Source: Hyphococcus sp.
GTDB lineage: Bacteria; Pseudomonadota; Alphaproteobacteria; Caulobacterales; Parvularculaceae
Length of the DNA: 64,000 nucleotides
Direction: 5' to 3'
Assembly: GCA_028284345.1 (NCBI GenBank)
Contig: JANQRY010000007.1
Location: 5,269 to 69,268, forward strand
In this document: piece after piece, positions 9,302-18,454 of the stretch
How the letters are laid out: each line of letters starts with the position of its first letter
Position numbering within the stretch: the stretch's first letter is position 1
Notes under the pieces: model-generated
Database searches by the model: none
The model's input: only the letters and a program-made list of their open reading frames with translations
What the model was told of the DNA's origin: nothing
Translations under genes and position numbers: made by a program

Positions 9302-9330
9302 TTGCATTTCCGCCTGCAACAGCCCATATG
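9302..9330 (+). promoter_or_regulatory. Putative sigma70 promoter of cspA, giving a long 5' UTR
   Basis: TTGCAT-N17-CATATG about 130 nt upstream of the csp ATG. Long leaders are typical of csp genes. Confidence 0.4.
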
Positions 9331-9462
9331 GCGTCCGCGCCCATGATTGAAGGCCGTATACGGGCCTTGTTCTGCAAGATTCTACACCCCTCCAAACATC
9401 GGCAGCACTAAAAGGGTCCGAACGATCTGGATCCCCCACGCCTGTTTGAAAGGACTAACATC

Positions 9463-9669
9463 ATGGCGACTGGAACAGTGAAATGGTATAACGCCCAGAA
9501 GGGTTATGGCTTCATCGAGCCGTCCGACGGCGGCAAGGATGTTTTCGTCCACGCCACGGCGGTTGAGGCGGCGGGTCTGCGCGGCCTCAATGACGGCCAG
9601 CAGGTCAGCTACGAGCTGCAGGAAGACCGCGGCAAGACGTCTGCCGGTAATCTGAAAGCCGTCGAGTAG
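9463..9669 (+). CDS. cspA: Cold-shock protein
   Basis: GTVKWYNAQKGYGFI (RNP1) and DVFVHA (RNP2). GAAAGGA SD. Confidence 0.97.
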   Translation: MATGTVKWYNAQKGYGFIEPSDGGKDVFVHATAVEAAGLRGLNDGQQVSYELQEDRGKTSAGNLKAVE

Positions 9670-9781
9670 TTTTTTCGGGCGTTTTGCCCTGAACGACTGA
9701 TGAGGGCGGATCGGCGTCGCAGGGTTTCCCGCGACAAGCCGGTCCGCCTTTTTCTTGTGCGACGCGCAAAGGCGCGCGGCG

Positions 9782-10414
9782 CTATTCTTTCTTGCGGACC
9801 GTTGCGCGCTTCGGCTTTTTCTCCGCCGCATCGCTGCCGCCGGTTTCGACAAAATCAATCTCGGCTGTGCCGGCCGCGTCGCCGCCGCCGGCGACCTCGA
9901 CGAAGTCGATTTCAGCCGTTCCGGCCGAATGGGTCGATGAACTGATCTTGTTGTAATAAAACGCGACTTCTTCCGTAGGCCGATCATCGGCGTCGCCGCT
10001 GGTCGACCAGCTCTTAACGAAGCAGCGTTCCAGCTTGTATTTAAGATAGGCCCGGGCGCCGCCATCCGCCGGCGTTGCGAATTCCAGCACCGGGATTTCC
10101 GTCTTGCCGCGATAGGCGCGCTGCAACGCATCGCGCCCGGCAAAGCCTTTGGGCAGGGTGAGGGTGACGGTTCCGGCGTCTGGCGGCGATGCGGTTCCGC
10201 CGGTCGCGGCGGCAAGGGCGCTGCTGGCGGCGCCTGCGCGCGTCGCGGCGTCCCATTTAACGTCGAGCACTTCGACGCCGCCAGCAGGCGCTCCGGCGCT
10301 TTTCGATTCCCCGTCAATGTCGGGGATTTTCAGATAGCCGGTCATGGCCGCCGTCGCAGGCGCCGCCGCCAGGCACAGCGCCGCCGCGATCAGCGCGGAT
10401 TTCAACATGTTCAT
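9782..10414 (-). CDS. hcp: Hcp (type VI secretion tube) family protein with N-terminal signal peptide and C-terminal extension
   Basis: GYLKIPDIDGES and YLKYKLERCFVKSWSTSGDADDRPTEEVAFYYNKI match the N- and C-terminal Hcp signatures. Strong SD (GGAGGAGGGAG) precedes the first ATG. Confidence 0.8.
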   Translation of the reverse strand: MNMLKSALIAAALCLAAAPATAAMTGYLKIPDIDGESKSAGAPAGGVEVLDVKWDAATRAGAASSALAAATGGTASPPDAGTVTLTLPKGFAGRDALQRAYRGKTEIPVLEFATPADGGARAYLKYKLERCFVKSWSTSGDADDRPTEEVAFYYNKISSSTHSAGTAEIDFVEVAGGGDAAGTAEIDFVETGGSDAAEKKPKRATVRKKE

Positions 10415-10517
10415 GGGTCTCCCTCCTCCACGATGGTCAAGGCGATGAGCCTAGCCGATCGGGTGCGCGAAGTCGAAAACGCCGCCCCAGTAAGGGCGAG
10501 CAGCGGCGCAGGGACCC

Positions 10518-11321
10518 TCAGTCCCGCAGCCCGTAGGTCATGAGCCGTTTGCCGACAGCCTGGTCGATCACCCGGAAGCCGTGGCCTTCAAGGATTGCGC
10601 GGCAGGCTTCGTGGGTGCGCGCGCCCTGGCGCTCGGCCCCGGTGTCGAGGGCGACGGCGCGGGTGCGGGCGAGCATCGCCGCCGCGCCCTCAAGCACCTC
10701 CGGCTCCGCCCCTTCCGCATCGCATTTCAGAAGGTCGATATGGGCGATGGCGTTGTCGGCGCAGAACCGGTCGAGGGTCGTAGCGCGGCGCGTTTCCGAC
10801 GGCGCCGCGTTTGCGGCGAAGACGGAACTGTCCGCATGGTCGGGGATGGAGGCGAAGGGCACGTCCGCCTCCTCCTTCCAGAGTAGGGCGTCATGGGCCG
10901 AAGCGTTGGTCAGGGTAAGGATGTTCTGCGTCAGGCAGGCGCGGACGGCGGCGTCGGGCTCAAGGCAAAAGACCCGCGCGCCGAAGCGGGCGCAGACATG
11001 GGCGAACTCGCCGGCGTTGGCGCCGGCGTCGATGACGATGCTGTCGGCGGCGAGCTCCGCATGACGGCCGACGCCGTACTCCGCCGCCAACTGGTCAAGG
11101 CGCGCCGTCCACCCCTTGCGATAGAGCTTCCAGCGATAGGGCGAGGGAACGATGAAGCGCCCGTCGGCGACGATGACTTCGGCGCCGAGGGGGTGGGGTG
11201 CGAGCGCAACGCGCACATGCCCGCGCACATGCGCCGCGGCGAGCAGATCCTGGCGAAAGAGTTTCCAGCGGATCTTGAACGGCAGTTGAAGGGTGCGGTC
11301 GGGGTCAGGCGCAGTGCGCAT
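10518..11321 (-). CDS. FkbM family methyltransferase
   Basis: IDAGANAGEF, CLEPD, TLD and LLKCDAEGAE. Confidence 0.88.
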   Translation of the reverse strand: MRTAPDPDRTLQLPFKIRWKLFRQDLLAAAHVRGHVRVALAPHPLGAEVIVADGRFIVPSPYRWKLYRKGWTARLDQLAAEYGVGRHAELAADSIVIDAGANAGEFAHVCARFGARVFCLEPDAAVRACLTQNILTLTNASAHDALLWKEEADVPFASIPDHADSSVFAANAAPSETRRATTLDRFCADNAIAHIDLLKCDAEGAEPEVLEGAAAMLARTRAVALDTGAERQGARTHEACRAILEGHGFRVIDQAVGKRLMTYGLRD

Positions 11322-11345
11322 TGAAAACGGTCCCTGCGGCGGCGC

Positions 11346-12134
11346 CTAACGGCGCACAAATTTACGCACCTGCATCTGGATCGGGCCGTCGGCGCGTCCG
11401 TGTACGAACTGGTCGACCATCGGATTGCCGGAATCGTTGAGTTCGTCCGGCCCGCCGCGCCAGATGATGACGCCCTGATAGATCATGGCGACTTCGTCGG
11501 CGATCTTGCGCGCCGAGGCCATGTCGTGGGTAATGGAGATGGCGGTCGCGCCGATGGCTTTGACGCGGTCGACGATCAGATTGTTGATGACGTCGGACAT
11601 GATGGGATCAAGACCGGTGGTGGGTTCGTCGAAGAATAAAATCTGCGGGTCCGAGGCAATGGCCCGGGCGAGGCTAACGCGTTTCTGCATCCCGCCGGAA
11701 AGTTCCGACGGGCGTAAGTCGCCCACCTCTGGCGCCAGTCCCACCTGGGCGAGGCAGTCGATGGCCTTTTTCTTTGACGCCCTGCGGCCGCCCCGCTCGC
11801 CATAGAGGAGGCGAAACGCGACATTCTCCCAGACGCTTAAGGAATCGAATAACGCCGCGCCCTGAAACAGCATGCCGGTCTGGGCGGCGACGAATTTCTT
11901 GTCTCTCGCCGATTGCCGCGCCACTTCGCGCCCGTCGACTTTTATCGACCCGCGATCCGGCTTGACGAGACCCAGGATGCTTTTCAGGAGCACCGACTTG
12001 CCCGACCCCGACCCGCCAATGATGACAAGAGACTTGCCAGCCGCAATGTCGAGATCGATCCCGCGCAGGACGTGGTTCGCGCCGAAAGATTTCTGCAAGC
12101 CCTGGACTTCGATTTTGACCGGCGTTTCGCGCAT
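11346..12134 (-). CDS. mlaF: MlaF/Ttg2A ABC transporter ATP-binding protein
   Basis: GGSGSGKS Walker A, LSGGMQKRV and FDEPTTGLDP. Start moved to ATG 12134. Confidence 0.92.
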   Translation of the reverse strand: MRETPVKIEVQGLQKSFGANHVLRGIDLDIAAGKSLVIIGGSGSGKSVLLKSILGLVKPDRGSIKVDGREVARQSARDKKFVAAQTGMLFQGAALFDSLSVWENVAFRLLYGERGGRRASKKKAIDCLAQVGLAPEVGDLRPSELSGGMQKRVSLARAIASDPQILFFDEPTTGLDPIMSDVINNLIVDRVKAIGATAISITHDMASARKIADEVAMIYQGVIIWRGGPDELNDSGNPMVDQFVHGRADGPIQMQVRKFVRR

Positions 12135-12138
12135 GGTT

Positions 12139-12912
12139 TCAGAAATCCACAAACAGCGAGGTGAGGACGTAGTTTGCGGCGAAAATCGAAACCGCCGCGG
12201 CGACGACGGCGGTGCGCGTCGCATTGCCGACGCCGGTGGCGCCGCCGCTTGAGCGATAGCCGTAATAGCAGCCGGTGACGGCGATGAGGAAACCGAAGAC
12301 CGTCGCCTTGATAAGGCCGCTGGTGACGTCCTCGGAACTGATGAAGTCGATCAGCGTGTTGATGTAAATCGGCGCCGACATGTCGAGGAGGTAGACGGAA
12401 ACGAGATAGCCGCCATAGACGCCGATAATGTCGGCGGTAAGGACGAGCAAGGGCATGGCGATGGTCGTGGCGAGCACGCGCGGGCCCACGAGATAGCGGA
12501 ACGGGTTCACCGACAGTGTCGACATGGCGTCGATCTGTTCGGTGACGCGCATGGCGCCGATCTCCGCCGCCATGGCTGACGAACATCGCCCGGCGACCAT
12601 AAGCGCGGCGAGCACCGGCCCCAGCTCGCGCACGATCGAAACGCCGAGGATCTGCGGAATGAAGGCGTTCGCATCCGGGAAGATGCTGCCTTCGTAAATG
12701 TTGAGGGCGAGGGCGCCTCCGGTGAAGAGGGCGGTGAGGCCGACCACGGGGAGCGACGCATAGCCGATGCGCGCCAGCGCCTGCAGGAACGGCCGCCAGT
12801 AAAATGGCGGCGTTATCGCAGCGAACGCGCCTTCGATGGCAAAGTTCGTCATACGGCCGACCTCGCCAAGAACGTCGAGGCTGAGGCGGCCGACGGCGGC
12901 GATAGGGTTCAT
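12139..12912 (-). CDS. mlaE: MlaE/Ttg2B ABC transporter permease
   Basis: RELGPVLAALMVAGR, AEIGAMRVTEQIDA and GATGVGNAT. Confidence 0.93.
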   Translation of the reverse strand: MNPIAAVGRLSLDVLGEVGRMTNFAIEGAFAAITPPFYWRPFLQALARIGYASLPVVGLTALFTGGALALNIYEGSIFPDANAFIPQILGVSIVRELGPVLAALMVAGRCSSAMAAEIGAMRVTEQIDAMSTLSVNPFRYLVGPRVLATTIAMPLLVLTADIIGVYGGYLVSVYLLDMSAPIYINTLIDFISSEDVTSGLIKATVFGFLIAVTGCYYGYRSSGGATGVGNATRTAVVAAAVSIFAANYVLTSLFVDF

Positions 12913-12939
12913 CCGGCCGGTCCCGCTTGCATCCAGGCC

Positions 12940-14037
12940 CTAGACGTAGCGGCGATCAACGCGCCCGCCAAGCCCGGTGAGTAATTCATAAGGGACCGTG
13001 CCGCAGGCCCGCGCCGCTTCGAACAGAGGGACGGATTGGCCGAAAAATTCGGCGGTTTCGCCGACCTGCGGCGGCGTTTTCAGCGCCGTGACGTCGAGGC
13101 CGATGAGATCCATGGAGACGCGGCCGGCGATTTTGGCCCGCGCGCCGGCGACGGCGGCTTCGGCCCGGTTCGATCCCCCGGTCGGGAATCCGTCGCCATA
13201 GCCAAGCGCCGCGGTGGCGATACGGGTTGGTTTTTGCGCCGTGAAGGTTGCGCCATATCCGACGGTTTCGTCCGGCGCGATTTCGCGTATCTGCACGATC
13301 GGGGCGTTGAGCGTGGCGACGGGTTTGATGCGCGCGTCATCGACGTCGAACGGACTGCCCCCGTAAAGGGCGACGCCAACGCGCGTGAGATCGAAGTGAT
13401 AAGACGCGTCCATCAACGCGCCGGCCGACGCCGCCAGCGATCGCCTTGCGTTGGGGAACAGGGTTGCCGCTTGCGCGAAGGTGTCCCGCTGTTCGCTGTT
13501 CTTGCCGTCGTCCGGGTCGGCGCCGCAGGCGAGATGGCTCATGACGACATTGACATTGAGGTCCGACAGCGCCGCCAGTTCAGCGAGGTCTTCTACCGGA
13601 GCGCCCAGCCGGTTCATGCCCGTATCCACATGCAAGGCGCATGGGGCGCCGGGTTTGCGCGACGCCCATTCGCGCGCCTGCGCGACGCTGTTGACGACGG
13701 GCGTCAGTTGCGCGTCGTTAAAAATCCCGATTGTGTCGGGCAGGGGCCCGTTAAAGACATAGATCGTCGCATCGGGCGCGGCGGTCGCAAGGGCCTTGCG
13801 CAATTGCGCGCCTTCTTCCGGATAGGCGACGAAAAAGGTCCGGCAGTTTTCGCGGGTCGCGAGCGCCTCTGCGACCGGCGCCAGCCCGAGACCATAGGCG
13901 TCGCACTTAACAACCGCCGCCGTTTCAGCGCCTGAGGCCGCGCCGCGCAGCATGGCGAAGTTGGCGCAGAGCGCGGCGAGATCGATCTCAACCCACGGGC
14001 CTGCGGTCTTCCGGTTTGCGGTGTCGGCGCTGTGCAT
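12940..14037 (-). CDS. alr: Alanine racemase
   Basis: AVVKCDAYGLG (PLP Lys), VDTGMNRLG, MSHLACG, VGYGATF and GRVSMD. The start is uncertain: 14037, or 14133 inside the repeat. Confidence 0.95.
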   Translation of the reverse strand: MHSADTANRKTAGPWVEIDLAALCANFAMLRGAASGAETAAVVKCDAYGLGLAPVAEALATRENCRTFFVAYPEEGAQLRKALATAAPDATIYVFNGPLPDTIGIFNDAQLTPVVNSVAQAREWASRKPGAPCALHVDTGMNRLGAPVEDLAELAALSDLNVNVVMSHLACGADPDDGKNSEQRDTFAQAATLFPNARRSLAASAGALMDASYHFDLTRVGVALYGGSPFDVDDARIKPVATLNAPIVQIREIAPDETVGYGATFTAQKPTRIATAALGYGDGFPTGGSNRAEAAVAGARAKIAGRVSMDLIGLDVTALKTPPQVGETAEFFGQSVPLFEAARACGTVPYELLTGLGGRVDRRYV

Positions 14038-14109
14038 GGGGGAAGCAGTAAGGAGTTTTTGTTTGGGAGCAAAGGGTCTGCCGGTGCAGCGCAACCTTCC
14101 AGCCCGATC

Positions 14110-14236
14110 TTCCCGGCGAAAGCCGGGATCCATGTTTCCGTGGGAGTATGGGAGAAAAGGAATCGAACGGTACGCGCAAACGGCTTACCGTTATCGAAAA
14201 AATGAACGCTTCTGGACCCCGGCTTTCGCCGGGGAG
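14110..14236. repeat. REP-like paired palindromes (CCCGGCGAAAGCCGGGATCCA ... TGGACCCCGGCTTTCGCCGGGG)
   Basis: Two inverted copies of a GAAA-loop hairpin about 80 nt apart in the dnaB-alr spacer. Confidence 0.82.
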
Positions 14237-14296
14237 AGCGGGATGCGGGAGTTTTTGCAGAGCGAGGCGAGACAGGCGGCGCTGATGGAATACGCC

Positions 14297-15778
14297 TTAG
14301 TCTTCCCGCGAATAGCGGTCGCTGGCGAGGTTTGAGAACTTGGTGAATTTCTCTTCGAAATGGAGGTCGACCTTGCCGATGGGGCCGTGGCGTTGTTTGC
14401 CGATGATGACCTCGGCGGTGTCGCCCACTTCCTCGCAGCGCGATTGCCATTTGACGTGGTCTTCCGTTCCCTCGCGCGGTTCGGCGCGGGAGAGATAATA
14501 TTTTTCGCGAAAGACAAAGAGGACGACGTCGGCGTCCTGTTCGATAGAGCCGGACTCGCGCAGGTCGGCCAGTTGCGGGCGCTTGTCGTCGCGCTCTTCG
14601 ACTTTCCGCGACAATTGCGCGAGGCCGATCACCGGAATGTTCAGTTCCTTCGCCAGCGCTTTCAGCCCTTGGGAAATCTCGGTGATTTCCTGCACGCGAT
14701 TGTCGTTGCGCTTGCCGGACCCGGTGAGCAACTGAATGTAGTCGATGATGAGGAGGTCGAGGCCGTGTTGACGCTTCAACCGCCGCGCCCGCGCCGCCAC
14801 TTGCGCAATCGAAAGCCCACCCGTGTCGTCAATAAAGATCGGCAGGGATTCAAGCTCGCGCGTCGCATGATAGATGTCGTCGAACTCGCTTTGCTCGATT
14901 TCCCCGCGGCGGATTTTCTCCGACGGCACCCGCGCGAAGTCGGAAATAATCCGCGTTGCGATCTGTTCCGCCGACATTTCCAGCGAGAAGAGGCCGACAA
15001 CGCCGCCGGAGATCGTCTTGAGCGTGCCGTCGGGCTGCCGTTCCGTTTTATGCGCCTTGGCGGCGTTGACGCCGATATTAACGCCCAGGGACGACTTGCC
15101 CATGGAGGGTCGGCCCGCAAGGATCAGAAGATCGGAAGGGTGAAGCCCGCCAAGCTGACGGTCGAGATCGCGCAGGCCCGTCGAAATGCCGGCGAGGCCG
15201 CCGCCGCGGCGAAACGCGGCGTCGGCGAGTTCGATGGCTTCGGTCAGCGACGAGCGAAAGCTTTTAAAACCGCCGCCGTATTTGCCGGTTTCCGCAAGCG
15301 AATAAAGCGCCTGTTCAGCCTCTTCGAGTTGCTTTGACGGCGTGTCCTCAAGGCTCGTCGTCTTGGCGCGGTCGACCATCTCCGCGCCGATCGCCATCAA
15401 CCCGCGGCAGGTCGATAAATCAAAGACGATGCGCGCATAGTCGATGGCGCCGGTGGTGGACGGGACATTGGCCGCGAGTTGTTCGAGATATTTGCGCCCG
15501 CCCGCTTCCTGATAGCCGGGCGAACTTGCGAGATACGTATCAAGGGCGACCGGCGAAGCGAGACGGCCGCCGTCGACGAGCGATTTCGCGGCGTCGTAGA
15601 CCAGTTGATGGACGGGGTCGAAAAAATGCTCGCTTTTCAGGAACTGCGACGCGCGGATCAGGATTTCATTGTCAAACAGGATGGCGCCGAGGATCGCCTG
15701 CTCGGCGTCGAGGCTGACCGGCGCTTTTTCTTCTGTGTCCGGATTAAACGGCTCGATATTGTCTGCGGGGTTCGCCAT
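14297..15778 (-). CDS. dnaB: Replicative DNA helicase
   Basis: AEQAILGAIL, LAGRPSMGKS, IIDYIQL, LAQLSR, DLRESGSIEQDAD and KQRHGP. Confidence 0.98.
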   Translation of the reverse strand: MANPADNIEPFNPDTEEKAPVSLDAEQAILGAILFDNEILIRASQFLKSEHFFDPVHQLVYDAAKSLVDGGRLASPVALDTYLASSPGYQEAGGRKYLEQLAANVPSTTGAIDYARIVFDLSTCRGLMAIGAEMVDRAKTTSLEDTPSKQLEEAEQALYSLAETGKYGGGFKSFRSSLTEAIELADAAFRRGGGLAGISTGLRDLDRQLGGLHPSDLLILAGRPSMGKSSLGVNIGVNAAKAHKTERQPDGTLKTISGGVVGLFSLEMSAEQIATRIISDFARVPSEKIRRGEIEQSEFDDIYHATRELESLPIFIDDTGGLSIAQVAARARRLKRQHGLDLLIIDYIQLLTGSGKRNDNRVQEITEISQGLKALAKELNIPVIGLAQLSRKVEERDDKRPQLADLRESGSIEQDADVVLFVFREKYYLSRAEPREGTEDHVKWQSRCEEVGDTAEVIIGKQRHGPIGKVDLHFEEKFTKFSNLASDRYSRED

Positions 15779-15795
15779 GGGGAGACGGTTAAATC

Positions 15796-15827
15796 AAAGA
15801 AAACGCCGGCTGGAAAGCCAGCCGGCG
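15796..15827 (-). terminator. Intrinsic terminator after rplI
   Basis: Perfect 10-bp stem CGCCGGCTGG/CCAGCCGGCG, followed on the minus strand by a T-rich tract. Confidence 0.75.
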
Positions 15828-15886
15828 CCGAAACTTTTCCCCGCACCCTGTGCGCCCTCCTGACGTCGGGCGCAAGGCGACGGGCG

Positions 15887-16519
15887 CTAGTCTTTGTCTT
15901 CGCTCGCTTCTTCGCCGCTTGCTTCATCGGCGGCTTCTTCATCAGCGACGGCTGCCTGCGCTTCCGGGTCAAAAAATTCCGCGGATTTTTCTTCCGCCTC
16001 GTCTTCTTCCTGCGCCGCGACATCTTCCTCGCGGGCGAGAACATTTTCGCCGCGGGCCTGACGTTCCGCTTCGTCTTCGGAGCGAGCGACGTTGACTTCC
16101 ACATTGGCGCTGACATCGGGGTGCAGGACAATGCGAACCGGAACAATGCCGATGGTTTTCAACGGCTTGTCGATGCGCACCTGGCTGCGTTCGATTTTGA
16201 CGCCCTCTTCTGAGGCGGCGTCGGCGATGTCGCGCGCCGTCACGGAGCCGTAAAGCGCGCCGGCTTCCGACGCCTGGCGGATAACGACAAAGCTGCGGCC
16301 GTTCAGTTTTTCCGCAGCGGCGTCAGCCTCGTTCTTGCGATCAAGGTTGCGCGCTTCAAGGTCGGCGCGCTGGTTTTCGAAAACCTGCTTGTTGGCGTCG
16401 TTCGCCCGCAGGGCTTTTTTCTGCGGCAGCAGATAGTTGCGGGCAAAGCCTGATTTGACTTTGACCACATCGCCCATCTGGCCGAGATTTTCGACGCGTT
16501 CGAGAAGAATGACTTCCAT
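15887..16519 (-). CDS. rplI: 50S ribosomal protein L9 (acidic C-terminal tail)
   Basis: [32 protein letters not shown] and LYGSVT. Confidence 0.98.
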   Translation of the reverse strand: MEVILLERVENLGQMGDVVKVKSGFARNYLLPQKKALRANDANKQVFENQRADLEARNLDRKNEADAAAEKLNGRSFVVIRQASEAGALYGSVTARDIADAASEEGVKIERSQVRIDKPLKTIGIVPVRIVLHPDVSANVEVNVARSEDEAERQARGENVLAREEDVAAQEEDEAEEKSAEFFDPEAQAAVADEEAADEASGEEASEDKD

Positions 16520-16524
16520 CGGTC

Positions 16525-16749
16525 TTACTCCGAAACGTATGGGAGAAGGGCGAGAATGCGGGCGCGTTTGATGGCGCGCGCAAGTTCGCGCTGCTTTTTC
16601 TGGGAAACCGCGGAAATGCGCGACGGCACGATTTTGCCGCGTTCGGAAACATAGCGTTGCAGCAGTTTCGGATCCTTGTAGTCGATCTTCGGCGCGTTAT
16701 CGCCGGAGAACGGGCAGGATTTGCGGCGGCGGAAAAAGGGTTTAGCCAT
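16525..16749 (-). CDS. rpsR: 30S ribosomal protein S18
   Basis: IDYKD...[10 protein letters not shown]...[12 protein letters not shown]. Confidence 0.98.
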   Translation of the reverse strand: MAKPFFRRRKSCPFSGDNAPKIDYKDPKLLQRYVSERGKIVPSRISAVSQKKQRELARAIKRARILALLPYVSE

Positions 16750-16769
16750 GACTGTTTCTCTCCTTGCCG

Positions 16770-17129
16770 CTAGCGACGCTTGTCGCGGTCGCCGCGATCG
16801 CTGCGGTCGCGACGGCTGAGGACGGGCGAGGGTTCCGGATCGAGTTCGTCGACGCGGATGGTGAGGGCGCGCAGGACGTCGTCATTGATCTTTTCCTGAC
16901 GCTCCAGTTCCTGAACGGCGACCGCCGGTCCCTCGATATTAAAGAGGCTGTAGTGGCCCTTGCGGTTCTTGTTGATTTTGTATTGCAGGTTGCGAAGCCC
17001 CCAATATTCGGACTTCTCAATCTTGCCGCCATTGTCGGTGACAATCTTGGCGAGGGTTTCGGTGAGGCCTTCGACCTGCGCGGGCGAGATATCCTGGCGC
17101 GCAATGAAGACGTGCTCGTAACACGGCAT
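16770..17129 (-). CDS. rpsF: 30S ribosomal protein S6
   Basis: [10 protein letters not shown] and [20 protein letters not shown]. Confidence 0.97.
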   Translation of the reverse strand: MPCYEHVFIARQDISPAQVEGLTETLAKIVTDNGGKIEKSEYWGLRNLQYKINKNRKGHYSLFNIEGPAVAVQELERQEKINDDVLRALTIRVDELDPEPSPVLSRRDRSDRGDRDKRR

Positions 17130-17260
17130 GAAGCCAGCTCCTGATTGGCGACGGAGACCAGTTGGAACGGCTGGGGTTCCGACCGACCTGCGGCTCGCAA
17201 AGGCTAAGGGACCATCCCTTGAACCGATCCATCGGATCGGCGCCCGCGACCGTCGCTCGC
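17130..17260 (-). promoter_or_regulatory. Possible structured rpsF leader (S6:S18 autoregulatory RNA)
   Basis: CTCC can pair with the GGAG SD just upstream of the ATG, with a CCG adjacent. The position matches known S6:S18 leaders. The fold was not computed. Confidence 0.3.
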
Positions 17261-17324
17261 GAAGGCGGCGGAATAGCGGAGGCGGGCGGGGTTTGCAAGC
17301 GCGAAGTGGGGATTAGCCGCTTTT

Positions 17325-17443
17325 ACCTCCCCCTTGAGGGGAGGTCGAAAACGCGAAGCGTTTTCGGGTGGGGGTATGCCGTGCGCTCTGACGCATCACC
17401 CCCCTCGAAATCGTAGATTTCGATCCCCCCTTCAAGGGGGGAT
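17325..17443. repeat. Palindromic REP/RPE-like element (CCTCCCCCTTGAGGGGAGG ... TCCCCCCTTCAAGGGGGGA)
   Basis: Two terminal hairpins in inverted orientation, inner GGTGGGGG/CCCCCC stem and TCGAAA..TTTTCG side hairpins. Confidence 0.8.
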
Positions 17444-17499
17444 ATGCGACTTGCCCTTGAGGCTCGCCATAGTTAATCCCACGCCAAAAGGAGCCATTT

Positions 17500-18435
17500 A
17501 TGACGCGCGCTTTCATCTTTCCGGGGCAGGGCAGCCAGGCTGTGGGCATGGGCAAGGCGCTGGCCGAGGCCTTCCCGGCGGCGCGGGAAGTCTTTGAGGA
17601 GGTCGACGAGGCCCTCGGACAGAAGCTCGCCGCCCTGATGTGGGAGGGGCCGATGGAGGAGTTGACCCTGACCGCGAACGCCCAGCCGGCGCTGATGGCC
17701 CATTCCATGGCGGCGATGCGGGTGCTGGAAGAAGAGGCGGGCGTCCAAATCGCGGACGCCCTATTTGTCGCCGGGCATTCCCTCGGCGAATATTCGGCGC
17801 TGTGCGCGGCCCGGGCCCTCAGCCTTGCCGACGCGGCGCGGCTCTTGCGCATTCGCGGCGAGGCGATGCAGGCGGCGGTTCCGGTGGGCGAGGGCGCCAT
17901 GGCGGCGCTGATCGGCGTCGATCTTGAGGGGGCGCAGAAGGCGATCGATGCAACCGACGGCGGGATCTGCGAAATCGCCAATGACAATGCGCCAGGACAG
18001 GTGGTGATTTCCGGCGACAAGGCCCGCGTCGAGGCGGTTTGCGCGGGCGCCAAAGAATTCGGCGCCAAGATCGCGAAACTCCTGCCGGTTTCGGCGCCGT
18101 TTCACTCGTCGCTGATGGCGCCGGCGGCCGACCGCATGGCCGAAGCCCTGGCCGATGCAAATATCTCCGCGCCGGCGACGGCGCTGATCGCCAACGTCAC
18201 GGCGGAGAAAGTTCAATCGCCGGACGACATTCGCGACCTTCTCGTCAAACAGGTGACGGGCCGCGTGCGCTGGACCGAAAGCGTTTCGGCGATGGTCGCG
18301 GCGGGATGCGAAACCTTTGTCGAGGTCGGCGCCGGCAAAGTCCTGTGCGGTCTTGTCCGGCGCATTGAGAAGGGCGCCGCGACGATGAGCGTGGGCGCGC
18401 CCGACGATATCGATGCCTTCGCGAAAACAGCTTAA
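17500..18435 (+). CDS. fabD: Malonyl-CoA:ACP transacylase
   Basis: FPGQGSQ, AGHSLGEY and VSAPFHS. Confidence 0.97.
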   Translation: MTRAFIFPGQGSQAVGMGKALAEAFPAAREVFEEVDEALGQKLAALMWEGPMEELTLTANAQPALMAHSMAAMRVLEEEAGVQIADALFVAGHSLGEYSALCAARALSLADAARLLRIRGEAMQAAVPVGEGAMAALIGVDLEGAQKAIDATDGGICEIANDNAPGQVVISGDKARVEAVCAGAKEFGAKIAKLLPVSAPFHSSLMAPAADRMAEALADANISAPATALIANVTAEKVQSPDDIRDLLVKQVTGRVRWTESVSAMVAAGCETFVEVGAGKVLCGLVRRIEKGAATMSVGAPDDIDAFAKTA

Positions 18436-18454
18436 AAACAACGGGAACGACGAT

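Noticed and set aside
15887-16050. Long acidic tail on ribosomal protein L9
   Set aside because: This is a common feature of alphaproteobacterial L9, so it is not novel.
4100-17500. CRISPR array or tRNA genes among the palindromic intergenic sequences
   Set aside because: There are no regularly spaced direct repeats, no cas genes, and no tRNA D-loop, T-loop or acceptor consensus.
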